Shown here one piece after another: positions 48,921-61,716 of a stretch of DNA of 64,000 nucleotides; the stretch's first letter is position 1; every line of letters starts with the position of its first letter. Under the pieces are notes generated by a model. That model did no database searches and was not told where the DNA came from. It saw only the letters and a list, made by a program, of their open reading frames with translations. The stretch is taken from NCBI RefSeq assembly GCF_024521635.1, contig NW_026250441.1:62001-126000 (forward strand). The letters are read 5' to 3'. Position numbers and translations under genes: made by a program. This stretch comes from Tricharina praecox (lineage: Eukaryota).

Positions 48921-50823
48921 CTACTCCCCTCCGCTTGCTACCTCTTCAAAAAGGGATGCCATGAAAAAAGGTGTGGTGAGCAACAGCGGGCTTGAGCCCA
49001 GTTCCTCAACTTCGGCACACTCCTCCTCCTCTCGCCTCACTGTAGATATGAGCGATTGCTCATTTTCTCCATCGTCTCTCTGTACGATGTGGTTGCTCGT
49101 ACCAACGAGTGAGCTCCGTACAGATGTGGCGCCGGGTCTTTTCGCTGTAAAATCTAACGGTGTCTTCAGGTAGTCGTATCTGCACCAAAGCTGATCGCGT
49201 GATTCGACGAGGAATCGCGCCCAGTCGTGGAGGTCCTTCGTGTAAAGGCCGTGGTGTCGAATGTCTCGCTCAAACCTGTCGAGGATCGTGTAATCGTCTG
49301 GACATGGTGACGAGAGGCATCCTTGGGGCGAATGCAGCGACCGCCGTATGCAGGCTGATCGGGATTCTTTCCAGTGGAAGTCGGTCTGGAGAATGAACTC
49401 CACCACATCCAGCTGCTTCCTGTGAACCGCACGATGTAGTGGATTGTCGTGTTGGTAGGCGACAGGCACGTCGGATTCTTCGGCCTCCCGTGCACAGGAG
49501 TAATAATAAGCCAGCCTTTCCACGGCCGCTACTCTACGGGGGTTTGTCGGAGCAAGCATTGGAATCAGTCGTTCCGAGGTGGCTTCCGCGGCACAGATAC
49601 TACCGGTAATGCCGTAAAGCTCCGCGAGCTTCCACAATATCGTCTCCAACATCCACAAACTGTCGTGGCACTCACCGATCGCAGATGGTCGGAGCTTCCG
49701 AAAGGCCTCGATATTAGAGAGGAGTTGTTGGTAAATCGATCTGGCTTCCATGTGTAGCTTATTTCTCGAGCATTTTTCAGCTAACGCTATTGCGTAGGAG
49801 ATTTGCGACAGTTGGTCCTCATTAGGCATAGAATGAGCCCAGATGTGCGACTCCGATCCAGCATTGATCACTTTGGTGGCACTAGCTACGGCGAAGTGTA
49901 GTTCTCCGATACTAAATATACCACTCGTCAACTTTCAACTCAATCAGGAGAACAGTATCGAGTCCGTACCATACAAGTGCCGCAACACAATCTCTCAGAT
50001 GATGGGGGTCTCCATGACTGTTTTCGACTACCGAAAAGAAGTCCGAGACCGCCGTACCATAATTGTTGAAATCGGGGCGACCGGGTGCCGGCGTGGTGGA
50101 CTGTCTACCGCCGACAGCAATACCATTTCCGACGCTCACTGCCTCGACTGCCGGCGGTAGGATCGTCGAGGCGATCATGCTCGCACGCTCCTCAGATACC
50201 GTGATCCAATGTAATTCCTGGCCGTTTCGATGCTTGGTGTTCTCTCCGCCGGCTCGGTTGAGCTTGCGTTTCTTTCTACCGTCCTCGAGCCTGGGTCCCG
50301 AGCAAGGAAGACTGCGGATACGACAGTGCTTGCACTCACCGCCAAGCCCCATGTTTCCGTCGGCGAAACGGCACTGCGTCGAAGAGTCAGTATAATGTAC
50401 TTGGCAGACGGGTTTTGGACTCGGTGTGAAGACACATACTCTGCGGTGACCGCGAGCACACTGCGTACATCTCTTCGTTGTGTTAAGCGTCCATCCATCG
50501 GGTGGCTGGTTCGAACACTCGATATTCAAACCGGTGCAACGGTCACACTTCCGTGAGTTCGTGTTGAACTTGCACTGATTGCGATGGACGGTCAGCTTTG
50601 GTGGTAGTATGGGGGTGGAGGGGGGGATGGGTGGCCACGGTGGAGCTAGAAGATGCGTATACTTGCCTACCTTCTTGTGATCGTTCTCACACTTCCAACA
50701 TCTGGGCCGTTTGCCAGGAATAATGGACTGGCCTGGGTCGGCTCTTCCGGTGATGCACATGGGCCAAGCCTCAGCGTATACGTCGGAGGCCGCAAAATAT
50801 CCGAGTGGAATCGAGTTTGACAT
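48921..50823 (-). CDS. protein with two Zn(II)2Cys6 clusters followed by a helical/ankyrin region; apparent +1 frameshift near 49930 (pseudogene or sequence error)
   Basis: CWKC..KK/C..CDRC..IEC and CTQC..RR/C..CKHC..LPC, each split by an intron. The downstream ORF has NPLHRAVHRKQLDVVEFIL (ankyrin-like). Confidence 0.6.
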
Positions 50824-51589
50824 GGCAGGTGTCGGGCTGGAGGATAAAAAAATAAGGAGGATGGAATACTGGCTGTTGAGAAGCAATGTGGTTGATGTGT
50901 ACGAAATCAGATAATTGAAAAGTCAAGGTGGGAAGGAGAAGATATGGGCTTACATCATGACGCGAGAGGCTATTTTTTGTTATGATTCTTTCTACAAGCA
51001 CCTTGCACGATTGGCGTCAAAGAGGCTCGCGATTCGCGACGACGGAGAGAGATAAGAAAAGTTTTTACCCCTGATTTTCGTGTCTGTAACGTAACCACGA
51101 ACCATTCCTACTACTATCACCATATCCAAATAATTTCAACCCCGGTATGACTTCCCTCACATACCATGCGTCGTATTGAAAGAAGCAGCTCTTTCAGTTA
51201 GATAAATCCGTTGATTTACCTGTGGATCAGTTCAACGGAGTTTGGCCGTTGGTGTGCAGTGTCTACGAGTTTCAAAATAGGAGTGTACAGCGGAACGGAG
51301 CAGTATCCAACCATGAGTCGATGATAATCCGATAAACACAGAATCAGCAGCGTCCGTGATAATGATCAGTGTCCGGTTACTGTCGAATTGACGGGTCAAC
51401 TCATCGCACTGCATCCTACCGTTATTCTCGAAGGCGAAACCAAAAATTACCACAGTTACCATTTTGAAACCAGTTGCACGGCGAAAAAGCCAGCCCATCG
51501 CCACAGAAGTCGAGAAGAACTACCTATTCCGCTTCTCATATTATATTTTCGCTTGAAAACCGAAACGAAAATTTTAACCTGATGTCTAG

Positions 51590-52860
51590 CAACTGTTGGT
51601 ATACCTACTCTTATATTTTATGGGCTGAAACAGCTGTGTATGAGGAAAACTAAATGGGAGGCCATCGCCAGCAGCGAGTCTCGAACTTGGATGAAGGAGT
51701 TTAGGGAACTGTTGCACTGTTGGTAAATTAATTTACGACCGAAGGAAATTTTCGAAAGGCAAAGGCCATGGGAGTTGTAAATAATTTCTTTTAGAATAAT
51801 TTTACTATGAGACGAGTAATTGCGGCAAACATCTGAACATTATAATTTGTAGGGTTATTTAAAGGTCATTAGTCGGTATGCTAGTCGTGCTAGACGGACG
51901 ATAGTATTAGGCGGACGAGGGTGTGTACATATGCCGGGGCGACGACTCTTCAACAGGTGACAGTCACACCATCCCTGTAAGTTTAGCGTTGGGCGGCTGA
52001 TTCGTAGCGACTGCGCCGACCGCTAGAAAATATTTCACGGAACAACTATATACCTCGCGTGAGGAGTCCCCCAGTTATGTAGCCGGGTTGTGATACGTAT
52101 CCGGCCCGGCTAACAGGTCTACCTTACTAGGGCAGCCCCCTTCCGTATGATACGACGAAAATTCCGTATCGCCCTACTTCACCGAATTAGTTGGTAGGGT
52201 TCATAGATGGTGAAGGTTGCTCCTGCTTTTCATTGCTATAACTAAAAATGATTCTATGCTTACCGGAGTTTTAATTCTGTCTTGGCCCTCCTTCTCTTCA
52301 CCTTCCCCTGTAATGTCACCACCCCCTTTGGGGAAAGGTGGAGCAAAGGGGAAGGGGAAGACACGGAATAAATTTAATTGATTCCGTCCGTTTAGCGGGT
52401 GTCCGAGTCATTATCGGGATTTTTGTTTTATATATCTATATGTATAAAATAACAAAATGACCACACAAAACTTCTCGTTGGCCCTCCATTCTGGACCAAG
52501 AAAACGAAGAAACATAGAAATAGTACAACACACACGTGATATTAAGTTTTTCCCTTTTTTCTCTCCATCCCCCAGGGGGGAGACAGAAAACATAATTGAG
52601 TATCTAGGGTGTGGGAATCTACACAGAAGAGAGGGTAGATTACTTCCACTATCCATGTAAGTAATCTATCAGCTATACTTGATATTATGATAGCCTTTTT
52701 TGATCGTTATCCTCTACAAGGTTCTAAAAAGGTAAACTATCAAGATTTTTGCCGTGTAGTTTTTATGTTGAGGGATAGAGCTCACTTGACAAAAGAGGGG
52801 TGTGAAGCCATAGCCCAAATTAAATCAGGTATGAACAAACAAAGAGTTTACGAAGTGCCT
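51590..52860 (+). other. NUMT: mitochondrial group I intron fragment with decayed LAGLIDADG homing endonuclease
   Basis: AT-rich island. LVGFIDGEGC at about 52191-52220, IIEYLGCG, and IIAFFDRYPLQGSKKVNYQDF..HLTKEG..IKSGMN match fungal mitochondrial LAGLIDADG ORFs. Interrupted by stops and GC-cluster-like insertions. Boundaries approximate. Confidence 0.85.
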
Positions 52861-53852
52861 GAAGATTCGGACACATTAAACGAGAACCACCAATCTCGAA
52901 CCAAGGCACTCTCATGCTGGAGTCCGGACTGAGGCCCCCAGAAGCCCAGCTCAACAACAGCCATGCGCAGATGAGTGCAACGTCGGCGAGAGGAAACGGA
53001 TGCACTTAGTGTAGCTTCCAGTTAGGGCAGCATGGGGAGGGAGTGAACTTGGGAGGTTGTCCGAGAGGCCTCCTCTCTCTCTCTCTCTCATCATCACCAT
53101 TTTGGGAGGCGAAGGCACAGTCACGATGAACGACGAACTCGCGGCCAAAGCCCATGCGATAGGCTGGTTGAAAACCCGTACGGTCCAGATTTCTTGATGG
53201 ACAAGGGAGGATCTCGGCACGGAAACATATCAAGGTCCACACGGGGCACGTGCACAGCCTACGATGCGCAGTGCGCAACCATTGCCTGAGCAGTGGGCAC
53301 TGGAAGCGGCCTTCAGGAGGATTGGTGAGGACGTTGAAGCACCCTGCCCCCGGCCAGAAGTAGGCCATGCAGGGCACGGAAAAACCCTTCAACACCCTCC
53401 TCCACTTGAGGGAGCCCGAGATCATTTTTGAGATTGGATGAAACAGTGGTGCCGCGGTAGGGCTTGTGGATCATGGTGATCACCACTTTTTTTTTAAAAA
53501 AAAACAATTAACAACCACAGGGCAAATGAGTACATACATCGCCTCCTATCGGTTTGCAATCAATCCACCTTCGATCGAAAATGTTTCGTGGCACTGTTGT
53601 AATGTTTACTGTTACATAGATGGGGCGTTTGCGGTGCGCCGGTGGCCGCTACATACTCTGCATTCAACGCCCGCATCCTGTGTGTGAGGACGTGATTATC
53701 CTACCGACATCAGCACTCCGAACGAAAACATTATAGTACACATCACTCCTTTTCGACGCCACCGAAGCATCGTCGTCGTTTTTGTTCATCGGCACACTTT
53801 TGTGCTGAGTCCCCCACCACATCATACCTCGCCCTCCTTGCACAGTGCAAGA

Positions 53853-54362
53853 CAGTGTTATCCATCGTCCGGTCCAGACGGCCAAAATACCGGACGTCCC
53901 TAGCCTAGGACAGACGGTTGCAAAAATCCCCCGTCAGGTCCGAGCTTGGGACAGACGGATCGGTCCCAGTCCGACCGACGGTGGAGGACAACCGTCCAAG
54001 TCACGTGAATAACTACATTTCTGAGCACCGATTCCAACATCACCGCGTCGGTTTATCCCTTACCGCTCCACAAGCTGTGAAAAGTAGCAGTATTCTAACT
54101 AGGATGCCTAAGGTGCGGCGCCCGGCCCTTACCACCGCGCTGCAGGCACCATATCTCACTCGGCCAACCAAGGTCCACGCCCGAAATCGGGGTTTCAGCC
54201 AAGGCTTAGCGGACGGCCGTCGTCGGCCGTCCTGCGCCGAATATCTCGTTCGCCCCCTGAAAAAACCTTAGCTATCACGTCCTAGGCTCGTACGGATGGG
54301 AGGCACGCCGTCCGTCCTCGTCCGAGGCTCAGGACTGACGGACCGGACGATGGAGAACACTG
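53853..54362. mobile_element. hAT-type MITE, 510 bp
   Basis: 23-bp TIR CAGTGTTATCCATCGTCCGGTCC / GGACCGGACGATGGAGAACACTG (1 mismatch); 8-bp TSD GTGCAAGA / GTGCGAGG (2 transitions). Confidence 0.88.
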
Positions 54363-54909
54363 GTGCGAGGCATCCAATGGTCCTGTGATGTAGTGGTAAG
54401 GCACTCCAGGCATGCGTTGAGGACATGGCCATGATATCGCGGTTCAACTCGTTGCGAGTTCCTGGGTTCAAGCGAGGATGGACTCTATACGCAGTCGACG
54501 TTTCAGCCGGTGGCGACAAGTTATCCAGGCATTTCATCCGACCCTTCTCGATCCGCTTTGGATAACCATTTCGGGCCAATTCGCCAGTCGGTCGTTGTCC
54601 TTGTCGGGATCATTCCCTGCGAATGGCACTTCCCCGACCCAAGATTGGAGAACCGTTTCTTTCCTTGTTACTCTATTACTGTAGATATCCAGCCCCCACA
54701 TCAACTAAACGTACAATCCTCTTCTCTCCACGGATCACCACTGTATGCGTACACCGATCATGATCATAACCCAACCAAAGCAAAAGCAAAAGCAAAACCC
54801 CCAACGCCCAACCGCAGACAAAACTCGAGAATATGCAGATGCAGCAGAAAACAAAAAAGCAGAGACAACCACCACCAACGCAAGGAAAAAAACTCCAAGA
54901 AGATACCAT

Positions 54910-56358
54910 CTACGCCCCCCAACTCCTCCCGTACCCGTAACGATACCCGTACTGCTCACTCGGCCCGGGCAGCCGCCGCTGCTGCCGCACCTCATACGGA
55001 TACCTTTCCTCCTGCTCCCTGAGATCGACATTCCAGTACCTGTTCACCTCCCCGCTACCACTACCACTGGTACTCTCACACTCACTAACACTCTCAGCAT
55101 GATGCCGCTCATCATCCGTCCACTCCGAGCTGCCACTACCACTGCCGCTCCAGTCCTCCTCAAACTCGGTCACGGCACTGTTCCGTACCGCGTTTCCTGC
55201 ACCCGCACCGGCACCGGCACCTGCACCTGCACTTCCACCTCCACCTCCCCCGCCGTAGCCGTAGCTCCGCCCGCTAGGACTGGGCGACGGCGCCGTCACC
55301 CGCACCGCCGGAATGGGGATCGTGGCAGCGTTGATGTCGTCCGGCGAGTAGTAGATCGACACGCGCCGCTGGATCTGGCTCGGTGGCGGCCAGGTGCCGG
55401 CTGCATTGAGCGGCGATGCGATCATGGGCGGCGGCGGCGGCGAGGGCGGCGCGGGGGACGGGGTCTTGGAAGCTTGTGTGGAGGAATTCTGGCGGCGGGC
55501 GAGGAAGGCGCCGAGCAGGAGGAGGATCGTGAATGCGATGAGAGAGCCAACAGCGATTCCGGCTATTGCGCCGGTGGATAGGGAGGATGCGGCGGCGGCA
55601 AATGAGGATGAGGCTGCGGTGGTTGAGGTCGTTGATGATGTGGACTGGGTGGATCCGAAGGTGCTGGTGGTGGTGGTGGAGGTTGAGGTGGTCGAGGCAG
55701 ATGTGGTCGAGGCGGAAGCGGTTGTGGAAGCTCTTACGGAGCTGCGGGAGGAGACTTTTGAGGTGCTGCTGGCGGCGACCGAGCCCGTCCTCGTCCTCGT
55801 ACTCAAAGTCGAGACCCTCGTCCTCGTACTAAGATTTGGTACATTCGGCCGTGTCGAACTCTCTGCCGCAGTGCTCGACGAACGGACCACCGCCGCCGTC
55901 GTGGTCACCATCACCGGCGGCGGCACGGCATTCGTCGCATCGGGCGTAAACGCACCAAACCGTGCCCGATAGTATTCCTCGAACTCAGGGTCCTCGCTCG
56001 CATCGCCGGCACAAACGATATCCTTATACCGCCCCAACAATTCCCTCTGGCGACCAACAACGGCCGGATCGCACGTAGCCAAGCATGCCGCCAGTCGACT
56101 GGTGTATTCCGAAGCGTCGGCGGTGGTGCTACTGCACCAGCAGGATGACTGCTGAAGTGGACTGCGACCCTCGGTGCAGAACAGGCGGAGCGATGTCTGG
56201 CAGGTGTCGCCGCAGATGTCGAATCCGGGACCGTAGCCGACTTCTGCGGCGGCGAGGACGAGGTGTAGCAGGATGAGGAGAACGGCAATGTGAATTCTGT
56301 GGCTGTGGCTGTGGCCGCCGCCGCCACCACCACCACCGGGCGATGGGAGCATCTTCAT
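54910..56358 (-). CDS. type I cell-surface protein (Cys-rich ectodomain, Ser/Thr stalk, single TM; Mid2/WSC/CFEM-like architecture)
   Basis: Signal-like hydrophobic stretch, an 8-Cys domain, an S/T-rich region, TM LSTGAIAGIAVGSLIAFTILLLLGAFLARR and a Pro/Gly-rich tail. Confidence 0.8.
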   Translation of the reverse strand: MKMLPSPGGGGGGGGHSHSHRIHIAVLLILLHLVLAAAEVGYGPGFDICGDTCQTSLRLFCTEGRSPLQQSSCWCSSTTADASEYTSRLAACLATCDPAVVGRQRELLGRYKDIVCAGDASEDPEFEEYYRARFGAFTPDATNAVPPPVMVTTTAAVVRSSSTAAESSTRPNVPNLSTRTRVSTLSTRTRTGSVAASSTSKVSSRSSVRASTTASASTTSASTTSTSTTTTSTFGSTQSTSSTTSTTAASSSFAAAASSLSTGAIAGIAVGSLIAFTILLLLGAFLARRQNSSTQASKTPSPAPPSPPPPPMIASPLNAAGTWPPPSQIQRRVSIYYSPDDINAATIPIPAVRVTAPSPSPSGRSYGYGGGGGGGSAGAGAGAGAGAGNAVRNSAVTEFEEDWSGSGSGSSEWTDDERHHAESVSECESTSGSGSGEVNRYWNVDLREQEERYPYEVRQQRRLPGPSEQYGYRYGYGRSWGA

Positions 56359-59300
56359 GATGTGTAGAGTTTCGTATCGAAGATGTAGGAGCGTGTACGT
56401 GTGGGGTAGAGTGATCGCGGTCGTCCATTAGGTTGTGATTAGGGGCAGATGGGGACGGATTGCTGGAAGGTAAGGGGGGATGGCGATGCAAAAGGACATT
56501 CCAGTTGTTGTTTTCACAGCATTCCCACTTTCCTCGGGCGCCCGCAACTAGAACAGTGCAATCAAGGAGAGAAATTCCACTACTCTCCTAACAGGGGCGG
56601 GCGAGTCGGCGGACAGGGCTGGTGGGGTGTATGGATAGGCGCGCGCGCGGAGAAGGACCGTATCGCCCAGATTAAACGAGGGTTGATGTTGATAAAGACC
56701 GTCAAACAGGTACCGAGATGATAAAGGAAACAAGGCAAGAAGAAGAACAAGAAGAAGAAGATAGCGAGAGAAAGAACGAAGGAAAGAAGCCCAGCGGATG
56801 GGCTGAGGAAGCAGCTGCGGCGGTGCTTGCGCGCACCCAATCGCCCATATATGATATATCGCCACACGAGTGGACCGCCGCCGCCGTCAGTGTCGTGATA
56901 CATGGTGGGCAGTGTGGGGTTAGGAAAAGCACCTATTGTGAGCTGCGTCTACACCCTGCGCGTCCGTGGCCAATCAGCGGCGCCTACCCCTGACGATTTT
57001 TCGGGGATTTGGTGGGAAGGATCTACGACAACGTGCGTGGGCGCCTACTGGTCCATGCCGAGCGAGTACTTGACTCCTACATGAGGTAGTAGGTACTGGT
57101 ACCTGCAGTACTCGCTTCGGTCAGCAGGAATTCAAGACTCCGACCCGGGGCCGCTGCCGCCGGAAAGCAAGTCGATACCGGTTTTCGATCGCGAACTGTA
57201 CATACGAGTGGGAAAGAGAGACTTCCTCCGACCGCCACCGCACCAGCACAAGAACTCCACAGACTCTGAAGAGCAGAGCGTGTCGTCTCGTGCCATTATG
57301 CCATAGTACATAGCTGGCTAGGTAGCTGCTATTATCCTCAGCTTCCGTAAATAGAATCCATCTCCTAGAAGAATCATTCGATGCGCGTCGTTGGGTGGCA
57401 GACGGTCCACAGACGGCGTCCGCCACTCTGTTCGCAACCTGGTGTGGCTGTCATCACTGAACACTGCATAATCGGCAGCCACCACAGCAGTTCCATTGGC
57501 GAAGAGCTGCCATGCGGCCAGGCCATGTCTATCATCCGCGATAAAAATAGATGCAGAAGAACGACGCGTCGAGTCAAGTCGTCAACGCCGTTTGGTGCGG
57601 AATCCGGAACCATATCGCAGGAGTGAGAGAGCCGAGAGGTGTGACCACTGACAGCCTACAGAACATGTGCACTTTCGTTGTGGTGGCGTCGGACGCGGAG
57701 CCGAGATCGCGCCTGTGTGGCGTCGTCATGTGGCGGATACGCCACACCGGAGGTGTCTCGGCAAGGCTAATTGCACAGCCACGAACACTTCACCTCGCTA
57801 TCACTCCTATCGCGATCGCTTCGGTGACAGCGGGATCGCCAGATGATTCGTGGCGCAAAAGCTGTGGCTGAGTTCCGCAGATCAACTGACAACACCACGG
57901 CCAGGCGGGGGGGAATCAACCCCGGCCGGCCGGATCTGCAGCACTGCTGGTCAATGGTCATTGATGCTTATGTACGCAACGCGCTGAGCGCGACTGCTTT
58001 CCTAATCAAACTGAAAAGTTCGCCCAAGACCCAAGTGTGTAATCGATACGGTACCGCTCATCCAGCATTCCGCACTTGTGAACTCCACATTCCGCAAGCC
58101 CGAGGCCGCTACGGTAGCTCCACCTGAATGAGACCGCCCAGTGCCCACCATTCCCGCAGCAGAATGCCAGAATGAGGCGCCTCACGTATGTATTTCCGGC
58201 CAACTCGCCCGGAAACCCTTCCCTTCTTTCTGAATAGTGTGATAGTAGCTCGCTCCAGTAAGAGCCGTACCGCCGACTTTCCCCACACCGAAACAGCCTC
58301 CATCAAGCCAGCTTTACACTCAATAAAAGGTGATCTCATCGATGCCATGCGCTTCGGTGCTCTTTAAGCAGCGGAATTACAGTACAAACATACCTGTACC
58401 CGTTTTCAATTCCTCCGTCGGACATAAGGAGAATCAGGCACTCACAAGTTTCCACCGACGTTGCGCTCGCTAGAGTGCTCTAGAGGAGACCGATCAACGC
58501 TCCGTACTACGCAGGCCATATGTCTCGTTTTTGTTTTTCTGTTTAATCATCTTGCGGTGGGCCATGTGACCGAAGCGAGCGCAACAAGGGGGTCTTCAGA
58601 TCGAGTGACGGCGCATGCTAACTGCATTCCGGCCACCCGCCTCAACTCGCGTGCCGTATTATGAAATTTAATAGATCTAGTCTATCGACTACTGTTAGTA
58701 CAGTCATCCCATCGCATCGCTGCAATAATTTGATCTGTCATTGAAAACCGCGATCCCGCCCTTCGCCCTTCGCCCGGTTAGCATAGAGTAGAGTAGAGTT
58801 GGCCAGGTCCGCCCTGCCACCAGCGTGCCTAACCGCCGACTGATCGCCAACACAACACTCCACGATCCCCCAAGCTCGCTCGCGTTCGCGGGCGCCTCGC
58901 GAAATTAAGGATCTCCCACCCCACCCACCCCACCCCACCCCTCCCCTCGCTTTGTGCTCCATGTAGCATGGCCGTTGATCCAACTGACTAGCAGCTGCCA
59001 ACTGAGACATCGGTCGATAAGCGACTTTGACAGCTGCTGAGTGGTGCACAACTGCGCAAGTGCTGTTCTTTAGTTTCTGGGTAACTATTGCACATCCTTT
59101 CGGCTTTGCACATGCCGGACGGACGGGGGGGAACGGGCCTGGCGTGGTATGGCCTGGGCGACGAGGATGTGATGGTGATGGTGATTTCGATGTTAGAGGT
59201 ATCATACACACATACATGGAGAAGGTAGGCAAATACAAGCAGTTCTACCGTTATATGCTTAATACGACACTTATTATCCCGTCCAGGCTGTCCTGCCCGC

Positions 59301-61092
59301 CTTCGCTTATTCGAACAAACGTCGAGGGCGACTGAAACATGCACACCAGCTGGAGCTGATGCTGCTTGGTGATGTATGCAGGTGGGGGGATCAGTGGTAC
59401 CGGTGACTTGAAATCTCTGCGATCCAGGACCTGTGAAAGCGCGCAGGACTTGGAAATTGGAGTCAGAGTCAGAGTCGGTGGGCGATGCGACCGTGACGGT
59501 GTGACGGACTGAGACCTGACTTGGGCTGACTTGACTTGATGATCTGGGTCTCGTGTGAATGTGAATGTGAATGTGGATGTGGATGTGGATACGTCGCTGC
59601 TAACTACGCCGTGCGACCGATCGATGAGGACTCGGGGAAAATGGTGGTTCCCGGGGGAGCGGGGGAGTGATCTTCTCTGCTCCACACCTCCACCCCCGGG
59701 GGCCGGCGCCCAGGTGAGGCTGCCTCAGTGGTTCTCCATAGCGGTAGGTATGTACGGTCAATACGACGAAACAAACACACAAATGACCGCCGGTGATAGA
59801 GATCGATATATATGATATTCCGTTCGTCCGCGCTGAAGTTCCCGAGCCCGAGAGTTAGATGGTGAGTGATCATTCATGCCGCGCATTGAAGGGCCTACCT
59901 ATCATACCGAACCCGAGCACCGAAAGCTCCCCGCCTGCGCCCATCCCGCTTCGCAAGAACATCATCCACTGACGTCTAAGTTCGAATCAACCCGCAACCA
60001 AGACCGAGACCTCACAGCCAAAACCGGCCAATCCTCGCGCTCAGTCACCCCTCAGCCCCTATAGGTACACGAACCCCAACCAATCCCCGCCCCAACCGAT
60101 AATCGGTACCCCAGCAACGGGTGCACACTCGCGGTCTCGTGACTGCTAACTGCGCGTCGGTAGGTAGGTAGGTACTGTTGAATTAAATGATACAGTAACC
60201 ACTTCGCGAACACTGAACAGCGCGACCTCTCTATATAGATAGATACAAGGCGGCAGACTCTCGGTCGGCGGCGATGTCTTCGGCGGCGCCGCCTTAGTCC
60301 GCCGGCCGGTGCTCCGTCAGCCGTCCTCCGTCCTCCGGCCTATGGGTCCGTGCCCGTGTCCGTGGCCGGTGGATCCTCATCTCCGAATGCCATATTGATA
60401 GGTATTTACCGGATCCACAAACCTCGTGAGCAGTAGTGATGAGCAGTGATGAGCAGCGGGTTGATATGGATGACTTGTCACGTGTGGTTGTGGCCATCCG
60501 GCGTGGATGTTGGGATTAGTTGTTGTGTAAGATGGCAATGTAGTGTGGTTGCGTGTCAGTACATAAGGTGGTGGGTGGATCAGTGCTGGGAGGTGTCGGT
60601 TGAGAGGCATGGGTGGTGAGTACGCGAGGTGGGAAGGAAGGAATGGAGGAGTGAAGGGTGAATGGCAATCGAACGTAACCACATACCCTGAGCGTTTGAG
60701 GGACTTCTGAATAACTGCAAGTCGGAATAGGTAGTACTGCAGCTCATTCGTCGCTCGCTCGCACAAGAGCATGCACAAGATTGTGCTGCGCTCCACCACT
60801 CAGCGTCACTCGGCACCGAGTCGAGTCGGATAGGCTTGGAAAACACAGACTGCTCCGATCGCTTCTGTGAATGAATCGTCAACAGCAATCAAAACCGCTA
60901 TTGAAGCCGCAGCTCACGATCCACGCACCTGTGGAGATTTCCTTCCAAGCTTGTATCACGTGACCCGCCATGACGCGACGCTGCATCCGCTCCTCTAGGC
61001 ACTTATCCCTCGCACTCGCACTCGCACCCACCACTCACCTCCCACCCACCTCCCACCTCCGAACCCACCTCCCACCTCCGAACCCACTCTCG

Positions 61093-61716
61093 ATGACCAC
61101 TTCCACCACCGCGCGCCCTCTCCCCATCCCCCTCCCACCCACCCTAATCCCCGCCCTCCTCGCCTCGGACAGCAGCATCTACCCCTCCCCGCTCACGCTT
61201 TCCACTTTAACCAGCTGGATCACCACTGCGCCCAGCAGCACACTATACTACCCCTCGAGTGGCATCGCGGTCTCGCTGCCACTGCAGCTACCATACTGGC
61301 TCCTGCTGACCTCGGGAGAACTGAAGGAATGGGAGCTCACACCCTCCATGTTCGCCGCGCCTGGTGCTGCGGCGGCGGAGGTCGGCGTGCACGTGTGGCA
61401 TGTGGAGCGGTGGGATGGCTGGCGGAGGGAGTGGGGAGTGTTTGGGGATGTGGTGCGGCAGGACTTGGGGCTGGCGGCGGGAGGAAGGTGGAGCGCGCTT
61501 GTGGTTACGCATGAGGGCAGAAGGATGTTTGAACGCCGCTGGGGAGGACGGGAGGGGGCGTATAGCGGACAAGTTGTTGTGGGGGGTGTGCTCAGGGAGA
61601 GGGAGGAGTGGGAGCGGAAGGGTGGGGTGGGCACGGTCGAGGGGTGGGGAGTTATGATTGTTGGTGGAGGGGGAGGGGGCGTGGGGGAGCAAACCGCGAT
61701 GGAACGCGATGGTTGA
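61093..61716 (+). CDS. hypothetical protein (possibly GNAT-like fold)
   Basis: Open frame with a typical C-rich to G-rich codon gradient; SIYPSPLTLSTLTSWI, GVHVWHVER and SALVVTHEGRRMFE motifs. Confidence 0.6.
   Translation: MTTSTTARPLPIPLPPTLIPALLASDSSIYPSPLTLSTLTSWITTAPSSTLYYPSSGIAVSLPLQLPYWLLLTSGELKEWELTPSMFAAPGAAAAEVGVHVWHVERWDGWRREWGVFGDVVRQDLGLAAGGRWSALVVTHEGRRMFERRWGGREGAYSGQVVVGGVLREREEWERKGGVGTVEGWGVMIVGGGGGGVGEQTAMERDG

Noticed and set aside
52870..53460. Minus-strand ORF fragments beside the NUMT
   Set aside because: Cannot be assigned to any family by eye and the frames are broken.
54745..55972. Long plus-strand ORFs (278 aa, 192 aa)
   Set aside because: Antisense shadows of the low-complexity surface-protein gene.
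56400..60900. Long region with many short ORFs and microsatellites; possible ncRNA
   Set aside because: No recognisable tRNA, rRNA, snRNA or coding signal; consistent with a long fungal upstream region.
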